Shown piece after piece: positions 10,358 through 19,726 of a stretch of 64,000 nt of DNA. Both the position numbers and the translations under genes were made by a program. The notes under the pieces are model-generated. The model had not been told where the DNA came from. It searched no databases and saw only the letters and a list, made by a program, of their open reading frames with translations. Each line of letters begins with the position of its first letter. Positions within the stretch are counted from its first letter, which is position 1. Source of the stretch: Acidobacteriota bacterium (GTDB lineage Bacteria > Acidobacteriota > UBA890); NCBI GenBank assembly GCA_965216935.1, contig OZ244217.1:1018316-1082315 (forward strand), given 5' to 3'.

Positions 10358-10546
10358 CTCCATTCGATAGACGCGCGAGAGCTCGATACCCGCGCGGAGA
10401 GCTCGATGGCGCCGGCGTGCTGACCGGGCCGGACCCGCCGCCCGGAACCGATTGCGTCTTCTCGTGCAGACGCCACTGTGCCAGTATCTGGCCGTAGCGT
10501 GGGGCTACGCCGTCGGCCGAGCAAGGGCCCCGGCAGGCAGGCTTTC

Positions 10547-12019
10547 GTGCACAATTCCACCCCAGATCTGCTTCGGGTCGCCATCGTGGGAGGCGGCCTT
10601 TCCGGGCTGACGACGGCATACGAGCTCGTTCGTCGCACCCGCATCGACCTTCTGCCGATCGAGATTCGTCTCTACGAGGCCGAGGACCGGGTCGGTGGGA
10701 CGATCCGCTCCGAGGTGCGTGACGGATACCTCGTCGAGCACGGAGCCGATTCGTTCCCGACCGCCAACACCGCGGCGTTGCGCCTGGCGAGCGAGCTCGG
10801 GCTACGTGACGAGCTCGTCCCGGCGCACATCGAGCGGGGGATGTTGGTGTGGTGGGAGGGGGCGTTGCACCCCTTGCCGCCGGGGCTGTCCCCCTTGGCG
10901 GAAGTCTCGCGTCGCGCTCTTCTCAGGAGCTCGTTGTTGTCGAAGGGCGCGCGGGCCAGGGTGGCGATCGAGCGCCTGATTCCGCGGCGCTCGCGACGGA
11001 GTGACGAGTCGGTTGCCGCCTTCGTCTCGCGTCGATTCGGCCGCCAGATGCTCGAGCGCGTCGGCGACCCGTTGCTCGCCGGGAGCTACTACGGCGATCC
11101 CGAGGCTCTGGGTATGCGGTACACGTTCCCCGAGCTGCTGGCGCTGGAGCGCGAGTACGGCAGCCTTTCCAAGGGCTTGCGCCGCGCCGCTCCCAGCCAT
11201 GACGGCAACGACCCGTTTCCCGGGGTGCCGAAGAAGGTCACCCGATCCCCCGTGGTTTCCTTCCGTGCCGGCATGCAGACGCTCATCGACGCGGTCGCCA
11301 ACGCGATCCGGCGCAACGACACCGGGGCGCTGCAGATCGGGCGACCGGTCCGGAGCATACGCCCGGCCGGCGATCCCGTCGGGGCGGCCGCCTACGGTCT
11401 GGAAACGGCGGACGGTGAGATCTGGGTGGCGGACATTTGCGTGCTCGCCCTGCCCGCGCGGGTGGCGTCGAAGTTGGTGGGGTCGTTCGCGCCCGAGGTC
11501 GGCGAGGGACTCGCCACGATACCGCACGCCTCGTCGCTCGCCGTATACCTCGGATATCCCGGAGCGGTCAAGAAGGCCCCCGAGGGAATCGGCTGCCTGG
11601 TACCTCACGTGCTGGAAAGGCCGACGGCTTCCTGCTCGTTGGTGCACAACGCCTTCGCCTTCCGGGCACCCCCCGGCGCTGCACTCGTGCGCGTGGACAT
11701 GGGCGGCGAACGCAAACCCGCGCTGGTCGACTGGGAAGACCCGAGCGCCGTCCGCGTGGCGCGCAAGGAAGTAGCGGAGATGCTCGGCATCCGCGGAGAG
11801 CCGGATTTCGCGAAGGTCCTGCGGCGTCCCCGGGCCCACCCGCAGTATCTGGTGGACCACGGCAAGCGCATCGAGGCGATCGAGCGGGAGCTCGGCTTTC
11901 ACTCCGGCCTGCTTCTCGCGGGGAGTTGCTTGTATGGCGCAACCGTTCCCGACGTGATCGACAACGGCCGCGCCACCGCCGGAACGATCTCGGACCTGGC
12001 ACGCACCCGCATGGCCTGA
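10547..12019 (+). CDS. hemY: Protoporphyrinogen oxidase (FAD-dependent, HemY-type)
   Basis: An N-terminal dinucleotide-binding motif VAIVGGGLSGLTTAYEL sits right after a GTG at 10547. The family-typical length and the EHGADSFPT region are present. The ORF track allows an earlier ATG at 10478, which would add an atypical 23-aa basic extension. Confidence 0.7.
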   Translation: MHNSTPDLLRVAIVGGGLSGLTTAYELVRRTRIDLLPIEIRLYEAEDRVGGTIRSEVRDGYLVEHGADSFPTANTAALRLASELGLRDELVPAHIERGMLVWWEGALHPLPPGLSPLAEVSRRALLRSSLLSKGARARVAIERLIPRRSRRSDESVAAFVSRRFGRQMLERVGDPLLAGSYYGDPEALGMRYTFPELLALEREYGSLSKGLRRAAPSHDGNDPFPGVPKKVTRSPVVSFRAGMQTLIDAVANAIRRNDTGALQIGRPVRSIRPAGDPVGAAAYGLETADGEIWVADICVLALPARVASKLVGSFAPEVGEGLATIPHASSLAVYLGYPGAVKKAPEGIGCLVPHVLERPTASCSLVHNAFAFRAPPGAALVRVDMGGERKPALVDWEDPSAVRVARKEVAEMLGIRGEPDFAKVLRRPRAHPQYLVDHGKRIEAIERELGFHSGLLLAGSCLYGATVPDVIDNGRATAGTISDLARTRMA

Positions 12020-12177
12020 GCCCGGCACGCCTCGGGCAGGGCTGCAAGGCCTGGGCGATGTCGCGCCAATCGAAGCGATCGCTAATTCGTTGCCGGCGGG
12101 CAACCTCCCGGCCGGGTCCTTGAGACCGGCGGCACGCATGTGTAGATTGCCCGCATCGTCGGATAGGGTCGGGGACC

Positions 12178-13026
12178 ATGGATTGGGGACCATGGGAGGA
12201 GCTGCGTGCCCCGATTCGCCCCTTTCTCCAGGATCGCCGCCGGCTCCACTTCGCCCCGGGCGGCACGACCCGAGATCGCCACGTCGGCCCGCCGCGCCCC
12301 CGCCGACCGCGGCCCGAGGCCGCGATGAGCCTCACCGAGGCCCCCGGCGTCATCCGCATCGCCCACGAAGACGGGCTCAACCGTCTGATCGACAGCCGTT
12401 GCATCGGCCACGGTGATTGCTTCGCGAAGAAGATGTCCGCCGCCGGCACGGTTCGCTACATCGTCACCCGTCCGTCCGGGGTGTATCAGCCGATCGGTGC
12501 GACAGCCTTCACCGTCAAGGTGAAGGCGAGCAGCAAGCCGGCGAAAGAAGGGTGGCAGCACGACGTGAGGGTGAGCCGCGACGCTCGCGGATTCACCGTC
12601 GATCGGCCGGTTCTGGAGGTCGAGCAAGGGGACTCCGTCCTGTGGCACGCTCCCGGTCCGCGCGTCCCGGGGTTTGCCGTCTGCGGAGAGCATGGGCGCC
12701 ATCGATTCGACAGCTTTCGCATCGACCAGGAGGCCGTCTACACCCACGCTTTCGATTTGCCGGGCGAGTATCGCTGGGTTGACGCCCACGGCAGCGGGTT
12801 GTCCGGCGTCGTCGTCGTGCGCTCCCCCGACAAGGGCGACAGGAAGTCACATCGGGCCTGGATCAAGGCCCTGTCCAAGGGTTCCCTCGTGCACATAAGG
12901 GGGGGTAGGGCGATACCGGCGAAGATCGAGCTGGTCACCGGCCAGACGGCGTTTTGGGCGGTCGAGAGCGCGCCGGGAATCAGCATCACCGACGAGCGAC
13001 TGCTGGGAAGCAAATCGGTGAGCTGA
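12178..13026 (+). CDS. Hypothetical protein
   Basis: The ORF has coding-like GC3 bias. The C-terminal part (EQGDSVLWHAPGP...GEYRWVDAHGSGLSGVVVV) resembles a cupredoxin-like beta-sandwich but has no clear Cu ligand set. The start is uncertain (ATG at 12178 or at 12325 for MSLTEAPG). Confidence 0.45.
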   Translation: MDWGPWEELRAPIRPFLQDRRRLHFAPGGTTRDRHVGPPRPRRPRPEAAMSLTEAPGVIRIAHEDGLNRLIDSRCIGHGDCFAKKMSAAGTVRYIVTRPSGVYQPIGATAFTVKVKASSKPAKEGWQHDVRVSRDARGFTVDRPVLEVEQGDSVLWHAPGPRVPGFAVCGEHGRHRFDSFRIDQEAVYTHAFDLPGEYRWVDAHGSGLSGVVVVRSPDKGDRKSHRAWIKALSKGSLVHIRGGRAIPAKIELVTGQTAFWAVESAPGISITDERLLGSKSVS

Positions 13027-13082
13027 GCGTGCCCGGGTCGGGTCGCCGCCGGCTGCGTAGCTTCGGACGTGGCCACGGCCTC

Positions 13083-15464
13083 CTAGCGGTCGCGCACCTT
13101 CAGCACGAAGACGCCCTCCCGGCCGCTCGACACGACCACGATGTCGCCGTCGAAGAACGGGTAGTTGCTCCAGGATCCGATCGAGCCGGAGATGATGTCG
13201 CCCATGCCGAAGTCGGATCCCCACGGGACGGTGTCGAAATAGCCCAGCGGTTCCGGGTTCTCGGGGTCGGAGACATCGACGACACGCAGCCCGCTGCGGT
13301 AGTTGGACTGGTACATGATGTCGCCGACGACGTAGAGGTTGTGATCGGTGGCGGGATTGTCGGTCTCGTAGGTCCCCGTCAGGATCGGGTCGTCGAGCTC
13401 CTGCACGTCGAAGATCAGCGTCCGCGTTCCCGAGACCAGCCCGGAGAACTCGTCGAGCTCGTCGTTGAGGTAGAAGTAGCGATGATCCGGGCTCAACCAG
13501 CCCTGATGCGAGTACGCCGTGTTCGGGTACTCGCCGCGGGAAAGCACCACCGGGTTGCGCTTGTCGGTGACGTCGCCGATCGATAGCGCCGTGCCGTTGG
13601 AGCTGAAGCAGATCTCGTGGCCGGTGTAGCGATCGTCCGGGCCGGCGTACGTAACGCACTGGGAGTCGTGCGACGATCCCGAGCCGCCGCCCGTCATGAC
13701 GTCGGCGAAGCAGCCGACGAAGGCCGGGCTCTTGGGGTCCTCGATGTTGACCATGTGCAGCGCGCCGCCGCAGCCGTTGGGGCCGCTTCCGCCGACGATG
13801 AAGGCGAAGTCCGAGCCCGGATTGACGATCATGTTGTGGGCCGAGGTAACGCCGCGATACGTCGTGTCGGGATCGAACGTCAGCGGCGTGCCGGAGAACT
13901 CACGCAGCCGGGTCATGTCGAAGACCTGCATACCGTGCTCGCCGGCGCTGTCCGAAACGATGAAGGCGTGGTCCTTGTCGACCTTGACGTCGCGCCACAG
14001 GCTGGCGTTGGCCTCGTCGGTCTTGGCGAGCTTGCCGATCCACACCGGGTTCGACGGATCCGTGACCTCCACGAACGTCGTGCCGTCGCGCATACCGACG
14101 ACGACGTAGTCGCGATCGGTCTCGGGGTCGGTCCAGCCCCAGATGTCGTTGACGCCGACGCCGCGATCGCCGCCGATCATGTGCACCGGCAGAAAGGAGA
14201 CGATGTCGACGTTGTCGCACAGGAAGGGCCCGGCCATGCCGTCGACGCAGGGCACGCCCTCGCCCAGCACCGGTTCGAGGCCGGCGCTGTCAGACAGCAC
14301 CGAGGTGCGGTTCCAGCCCAGGTGATCGCGATCCATGATGACCGCGGTTCCGGCGCCGTAGTCGTTGCCCGGCACGCCGGCGACGAGCACATCGCCGTGC
14401 GCGGCGACGGCGGCCGACAGGATGGAGAACTGGCGCAGGCCGGAGGCGCCGATCTTCACGGCCGAATCCCAGCTCGCCAGCCCGCTGCGGCTGAAGTGAT
14501 AGACGCGCCCGAGCCGCCCTGCGGCACCGGGCGAGCCGACGAACGCCTCGTCGTCGCCGAGGGCGAGGGAGGAGCCGAAGTAGCTTCCCGGCATCCGGTC
14601 GTAGGGCTCGAGGCCGGGGAGTTGCGCCCAGCTCTCGGCGGTCGGGTTGTAAACGAAGCCATAGACGGCGCCCATGTATCCGTTGGCGCCGGGTGCGCCC
14701 ATCATCACCTGGCCGTTGTGCAGGGCGACCGCGTGGCCGACGAACGCGCCGTTTCCGGCGCCGGCGCCGGTCAGCCGACTGTCCTGCGACCATCCGCCGT
14801 CGTCCCGACGATAGACGTACGCCGCACCGGGCGCGGCACCGGTCGCGTAGCCGGCGAGGAAGAAGTCGATCTTCCCCTGCGGTGCTCCCGCCACGGCAAA
14901 GTCGCCGTCGATGGCCACCGATGCGCCGAGCCGCGCGGGCGTCGGATCGTCGTCGCCGGCGAACTTCGCAACCTGTTGCCAGGAGGTGCCGGAGAGCTCG
15001 AAGAGGTAGGCGGCCCCGCGACTCCCGTCGGCTTCCGGGGCGCCGACCACGAGGCGGTCGCCCGACAAGCCCACAGCGGCGCCGAACAGGTCGGTTGCCG
15101 CCGCATCTCCAGGCTCGATCTTCGCCACCTGCACCCACTCGTCCTCGCTGCGCTCGAAGACGTATACGGCGTTGGCGTTCTCGGCGCCGATGGCCATGCG
15201 CGTTCCCTGAACGGATACGCCGCTGCCGAAGCCATCGGCGTCGAAGGCGTCGTCGGCGCGGAGAACCCGAGCCTCGGTCCAGACGCCGCCGTCTTGGCGG
15301 TAGACGTAGACGAATCCCGGAGTGGCCTGATTACCGGGCTCGCCGACGAAGACTTCAGCTTCGCCCACGGCGACGGCGCGGCCGAACCCGATCTGGGCGA
15401 AGGCCGGGGTGGAAAAGGAGACAAGAACGGCAAACACGACGAGAGCAGGAAGTAGTTTTCGCAT
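13083..15464 (-). CDS. Secreted FG-GAP repeat / choice-of-anchor B (LVIVD) protein, paralog of 1683..4178
   Basis: The signal peptide is MRKLLPALVVFAVLVSFSTPAFAQ. It has the same architecture and many colinear motifs as the paralog (FG-GAP repeats, IWGWTDPETDRDYVVVGMRDGTTFVEVTDP, HNM/HNL repeats). Confidence 0.8.
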   Translation of the reverse strand: MRKLLPALVVFAVLVSFSTPAFAQIGFGRAVAVGEAEVFVGEPGNQATPGFVYVYRQDGGVWTEARVLRADDAFDADGFGSGVSVQGTRMAIGAENANAVYVFERSEDEWVQVAKIEPGDAAATDLFGAAVGLSGDRLVVGAPEADGSRGAAYLFELSGTSWQQVAKFAGDDDPTPARLGASVAIDGDFAVAGAPQGKIDFFLAGYATGAAPGAAYVYRRDDGGWSQDSRLTGAGAGNGAFVGHAVALHNGQVMMGAPGANGYMGAVYGFVYNPTAESWAQLPGLEPYDRMPGSYFGSSLALGDDEAFVGSPGAAGRLGRVYHFSRSGLASWDSAVKIGASGLRQFSILSAAVAAHGDVLVAGVPGNDYGAGTAVIMDRDHLGWNRTSVLSDSAGLEPVLGEGVPCVDGMAGPFLCDNVDIVSFLPVHMIGGDRGVGVNDIWGWTDPETDRDYVVVGMRDGTTFVEVTDPSNPVWIGKLAKTDEANASLWRDVKVDKDHAFIVSDSAGEHGMQVFDMTRLREFSGTPLTFDPDTTYRGVTSAHNMIVNPGSDFAFIVGGSGPNGCGGALHMVNIEDPKSPAFVGCFADVMTGGGSGSSHDSQCVTYAGPDDRYTGHEICFSSNGTALSIGDVTDKRNPVVLSRGEYPNTAYSHQGWLSPDHRYFYLNDELDEFSGLVSGTRTLIFDVQELDDPILTGTYETDNPATDHNLYVVGDIMYQSNYRSGLRVVDVSDPENPEPLGYFDTVPWGSDFGMGDIISGSIGSWSNYPFFDGDIVVVSSGREGVFVLKVRDR

Positions 15465-15548
15465 CGCGCCATTTTACATGGTCACGAATCGGCAACGCCG
15501 TCAGCCGGGATCCCCGGCCGGTCGAGGCGCCCTCGTCGCGAGAGGTCG

Positions 15549-16765
15549 TCAATCGGCGTAGAGCTGCAGGGTGGTGCCGACGAAATCGGCCATCTCCAAC
15601 GTCGTCTCGAGATCGGGATGCCGCAACATGACGAATCCGTCGCCGACGATGCTCCGCCGCCAGTCCTTCGCCGGCTCGCCGACGCCGGTGAGCTCGACGG
15701 CGCAAACGTGGTGGCCGATGGTGGCGAGCACCCGGTCGAGACCCTCGATCCGACGCACGACCCCCTGACCGTGCGCGCGTTTGAAGATGCCGGCGGAGTT
15801 GTACTTGCGCTCGACGGGCTGCGTGAAACAGCCGTGGCAAACGGCTTCCGCCCAGCCGCGGAACAGGTCGATGTCCGAGGCGAAATTCATCAGGTCCACC
15901 GTCCGCGCGCCGGGCGATCGAGCGCCGATCTCGCAGAATACCGCCTCGCCGTCGGTCGTACGGAACCATTCCATGTGGGTGAACCCGGTCTGCACGCCGA
16001 GCGCGGCGTGTACCGCCCGGCCCATCTCACGCCCCGCGGCGACCGCATCGCCCTCGACGTCGCGGCGGCAGATGGTCTGCGGGCTGATCCACTGGCCGCT
16101 CTTGTTCACCAGGGCCCGCGGCCGATAGAAGGCGATGTTGTCGTAGAGGATCTCACCCTCCACGGTGACGGTATCGAAGGTGTAGTCATCGCCGTCGATG
16201 TACTCCTCGATGCTCACCTCGGCGATGTGCCCGAGCCGTGCGAGCGCGTCCTCGAGCTCGCCGGCGTCGTCGACGCGGTAGGTATCCTGCGAGCCGGCGC
16301 CGGCGATGGGCTTGAGGATGAGCGGATAGCCGATGTCCTCGGCCGCCTCGCGGCATTGGTCGGCCGTGTGCGCGCGGCCATGTCGTGGCGTGCGTATCCC
16401 GGCCTCGTCCAGGCGCACCTTCATGGCCTCCTTGTCGCGAAACGGTATGGTCTCGGTAACCGTCATCCCGGGCAGCCCGAGCTCCTCGCGCATGCGGGCG
16501 GCGGCGACCATCAGCGGTTCCCACAGGCACTCGACCCGGTCAATCGTCACGCGCGATGCGATCTGCTTGGCCGTGGCCACCATGCCGGCCTCGTCGGCGA
16601 AGGAGTCCGCCCTCACGTAGGCCGAGAGATGACGGCGGCCGTGCTCCGGAACCGAGGCTTCGGGTTGATCGCCGATCCCGATGACGCGGGCGCCCACCTC
16701 CGCCAGCCCGCGGGTGAAGTGCGGCATTTCGGCGGGAAAGCCGGGCGACAGCATCAAGACGTTCA
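15549..16765 (-). CDS. ATP-grasp domain ligase (paralog A of three)
   Basis: The ATP-grasp signatures are GYPLILKPIAGAGSQDTYRV, EEYIDGDDY and HMEWFRTTDGEAVFCEIGARSPGA. I prefer the start at the GTG at 16765 (VNVLMLSPGFP), which aligns with the N-termini of paralogs B and C. The ORF track's GTG at 16814 would add 16 aa. Confidence 0.75.
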
Positions 16766-16830
16766 CAGGCGCTCTCTTTCTCGTCGAGGGGCTCTCGACC
16801 GTGCCCACATCCACCAGCTCATACCCTCGC

Positions 16831-18081
16831 TCATCCGAGCTCCACCCGGATTGTTCGTATCAGCCTGTCCAGAGCCTCGGTGACCACCGTGGTTTCGGGA
16901 TGCCGGACGATGACGTACCCGTCGCCGTCGTAGGACGGCGACGGCGTTTGACCGAGTTTCGGCAGGCGGACCTCCATGGCGATCTCACCGGACTGGCGCT
17001 GCGCCTCCTCGAGGCCGCGGATGCTCCGCACACGGCCGCTGCCCTGGCCGCGGAGAAACGCCGCCCCTGCGGCGTATGGGCGGTCGGGAGGGTCGAACTC
17101 TCCGAACACGACGAGGCGGGCCCATGCGCCGTACATGTCGACGTCGTGGGCGTACGAGATCAGGGTGGAGAACTGAGCTCCGGGCGGGCGGGCGCCGACC
17201 TCCGAGATGGCGAAGGTGCCGTCCGGTCGGCGAAACCACTCCATGTGGCTCAGGCCGTCTTGCATGCCGAGCGCCCCGAGGGCGGCCTCGGCCAGCGGCC
17301 GGAAGGCAACCACGTCCGCGCGGTCCGTTTCGCGCGGAAGCACGACGCACCACTGGATCCAGGGGTTTTCCATCACCTCGAGCGGCCCCGGGTGGTAATC
17401 GGTGTGCGAGCTCCAGACGATCTTCCCCCCCAGCCAGACACTGTCGAAGGAATGCTCCTCCCCGCGGACGAATTCTTCCAGCATGATCGGCGAGCGGCCT
17501 GACGCCTCTTCCCCACCTGCGAGGGCGCCGGGCGGCAGCAGCTGCCGGAGCGCGATGCGCAGCTCGTCCGGGTTGCCGACGCGGAATGTCCCGCGCGACC
17601 CCGACCCGGCGATCGGTTTGACGACGAGAGGAAAGCCGGTGCCGGCGGCGAACGTCTCGGCTTCGGCGAGGCCGCCGACGCGCTGGTGGCGGGCGCACGG
17701 TAGGTCGTGGGCGGCGAGGATCTCCTTCATGCGGGCCTTGTCGCGAAAGTTCGCCGCCGTTTCCCCGTCCATGCCCTCGATGTCGAGCGCCGAGCGTACT
17801 TGCCCGAGTGGCACCTGGAGTTCCTCGAGCGCTCCGATGAGTCGGTCCACCGAGCCCATGCGGCCGCCGAGGACGCGCACGCCCGATTCGATGTGGCCGG
17901 GGTCCAGGGCGTCGGGCGTCTGTTCGATTGCTGCGAGTCGCGCGCGGATGCGCTCCGGAAGCCGGTCGACCGGATCCTGGGTGAGCAAGCCCACGCGTGC
18001 CCCCTCGAGCCGCGTGGCCGCGCCGACGAACCGCAGGGTCGTTTCGAGCAAGAAGGGCGCGACGAAAACGACGTTTGCCAC
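16831..18081 (-). CDS. ATP-grasp domain ligase (paralog B)
   Basis: It has a GTG start (M)ANVVFVAPF. The ATP-grasp signatures are GFPLVVKPIAGSGSRGTFRV, HMEWFRRPDGTFAISEVGARPPGA. It is homologous along its length to paralogs A and C. Confidence 0.75.
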   Translation of the reverse strand: MANVVFVAPFLLETTLRFVGAATRLEGARVGLLTQDPVDRLPERIRARLAAIEQTPDALDPGHIESGVRVLGGRMGSVDRLIGALEELQVPLGQVRSALDIEGMDGETAANFRDKARMKEILAAHDLPCARHQRVGGLAEAETFAAGTGFPLVVKPIAGSGSRGTFRVGNPDELRIALRQLLPPGALAGGEEASGRSPIMLEEFVRGEEHSFDSVWLGGKIVWSSHTDYHPGPLEVMENPWIQWCVVLPRETDRADVVAFRPLAEAALGALGMQDGLSHMEWFRRPDGTFAISEVGARPPGAQFSTLISYAHDVDMYGAWARLVVFGEFDPPDRPYAAGAAFLRGQGSGRVRSIRGLEEAQRQSGEIAMEVRLPKLGQTPSPSYDGDGYVIVRHPETTVVTEALDRLIRTIRVELG

Positions 18082-18220
18082 CGGGTGTGACCTCCTCTAC
18101 CGCAGCGCTCCGCAGACTCGAACCGGCGTCCCGAAAGCGCGTTTCAGCCTCGCTTCTGACCGCCGCCGGCCGGTTTTCAGCACGCGATCGCCAGGGCGTG
18201 GTGAATGGTACGCTTCGCGC

Positions 18221-19726
18221 ATGAATTCTACCCGGGTGCTCCATGTCGCTTCCGAGGTGGCGCCCTTCTCGAAGACCGGAGGGCTTGCCGACGTCGCGGC
18301 GGCGCTGCCCGCCGCCACCGCCCGGGCCGGCCACGAGCCGCGGATCTTCACCCCCCTGCACGGCGCCATCGACCGCTCGGCGCACGAGCTCGAGAACGTA
18401 GAGGGAGGTCCCTGGCGTCTCTTTCTGGGCGAGCGGAGCTTCGAGTATTCGCTCTGGCGCGGGAAGGTCCCCGGGACCGGCGTCGAGGTCGAGTTCGCCG
18501 ATTGCCCGGCGCTCTTCAACCGGCCCGGCATTTACGGCGGGGCCGACGACGAGCACCTACGGTTCCTGTTCCTGCAACGGGCCGCCCTCGATGCAACGGT
18601 GCGCAGGCAATGGGCGCCCGATATCGTCCACGTCCACGACTGGCACACCGGCCTGGTGCCGCTCTACCTGAAGACCCTGTACGCCGAGGAGCGCGTCCTC
18701 GCCTCGGCCCGCTCCGTCCTGACGATGCACAACCTCGGTTATCAGGGAATGTTCGGCGCAGACGTGGTGGGCGCCACCGGGCTGACACCCTTCGCTCGTT
18801 ACCTCCACCAGGACGACCTCGCCGCCGATCGTTTCAACTTCCTCAAGACCGGAATCATGTACGCGGATGTGCTGACCACCGTCAGTCCGACGTACGCCGA
18901 GGAGATCCAGACCAGCCGCCACGGCTTCGGTCTCGACGAGCTGCTGCGTCAGCGGGCCTCGAACCTGGTCGGAATTCTTAACGGCATCGACACCGCAACC
19001 TGGAACCCGCGCGCCGACAACCATCTCGACTACCGCTACTCCGTCAAGAGCTTGTGGCGGAAGGAGAAGAACAAGGAATCGCTGCTGGCGGAGTGCGGCC
19101 TCCCTTACGAGAAGGGTAGGCCGGTGATCGGGATGGTCGGGCGGTTGACCGCGCAAAAGGGAATCGACCTTCTCGACGGGCCGCTGGCGGACGTTCTGGC
19201 GCGGCACGACGTATCGCTTGTGGTGCTCGGCCAGGGGGAGGAGCGTTACGAGCGTTTCTTCCGCGGGCTGCAGGCGGCGATGCCCGCCCAGGTCTTCTTC
19301 TACTTTGGCTACCACGAGGTGTTCGCACATCGCGTCGAGGCGGGCGCCGACATGTTTCTGATGCCGTCGTTGTACGAGCCGTGTGGCCTCAACCAGATGT
19401 ACAGCCTTGCCTACGGCACGGTTCCCATCGTCCACAAGACCGGTGGGCTCGCCGATACGGTGACACTGTTCGACCCGGCGACCGGCGAGGGGAATGGCAT
19501 CGTCTTCGACCATCCCACCGCGGAGGGGGTTCGCTGGGCCCTGGAGACCGCGCTCACGCTGCATCTCGATCGGAAGCAGTGGAAGCGTATCGTCGCCAAC
19601 GCGATGGCGGCCGACAACTCCTGGGACCGTCGGGCCGCCGAGTATCACGACCTCTACGCACGCCTCGCGGGGCATCGCGAACGTGGATCGGCCCGGTCGG
19701 CAGGCTCTGTGGAGGCCTCCGGCTGA
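18221..19726 (+). CDS. glgA: Glycogen (starch) synthase, ADP-glucose type (GT5)
   Basis: It is colinear with E. coli GlgA. Matching signatures are LHVASEVAPFSKTGGLADV, HDWHTGLVPLYL, a TVSPTYA motif and GGLADTV. The start is taken at the ATG at 18221. The upstream 819 nt of the ORF 17402..19726 is antisense to ATP-grasp B and is rejected. Confidence 0.85.
   Translation: MNSTRVLHVASEVAPFSKTGGLADVAAALPAATARAGHEPRIFTPLHGAIDRSAHELENVEGGPWRLFLGERSFEYSLWRGKVPGTGVEVEFADCPALFNRPGIYGGADDEHLRFLFLQRAALDATVRRQWAPDIVHVHDWHTGLVPLYLKTLYAEERVLASARSVLTMHNLGYQGMFGADVVGATGLTPFARYLHQDDLAADRFNFLKTGIMYADVLTTVSPTYAEEIQTSRHGFGLDELLRQRASNLVGILNGIDTATWNPRADNHLDYRYSVKSLWRKEKNKESLLAECGLPYEKGRPVIGMVGRLTAQKGIDLLDGPLADVLARHDVSLVVLGQGEERYERFFRGLQAAMPAQVFFYFGYHEVFAHRVEAGADMFLMPSLYEPCGLNQMYSLAYGTVPIVHKTGGLADTVTLFDPATGEGNGIVFDHPTAEGVRWALETALTLHLDRKQWKRIVANAMAADNSWDRRAAEYHDLYARLAGHRERGSARSAGSVEASG

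Noticed and set aside
12170-12195. Direct 12-nt repeat ggggaccatgg(a) x2 at the start of ORF 12178..13026
   Set aside because: Too short to interpret alone. It is mentioned under the orphan ORF finding rather than as a separate feature.
17402-18220. 5' 819-nt extension of the glgA reading frame (ORF 17402..19726)
   Set aside because: The extension is antisense to ATP-grasp B and is low-complexity (S/R/P-rich). Homology to GlgA begins exactly at the ATG at 18221 (MNSTRVLHVASE...).
16985-18556. 523-aa minus-strand ORF overlapping ATP-grasp B and the glgA start
   Set aside because: Pro/Arg/Gly-rich antisense frame. It conflicts with two homology-supported genes.
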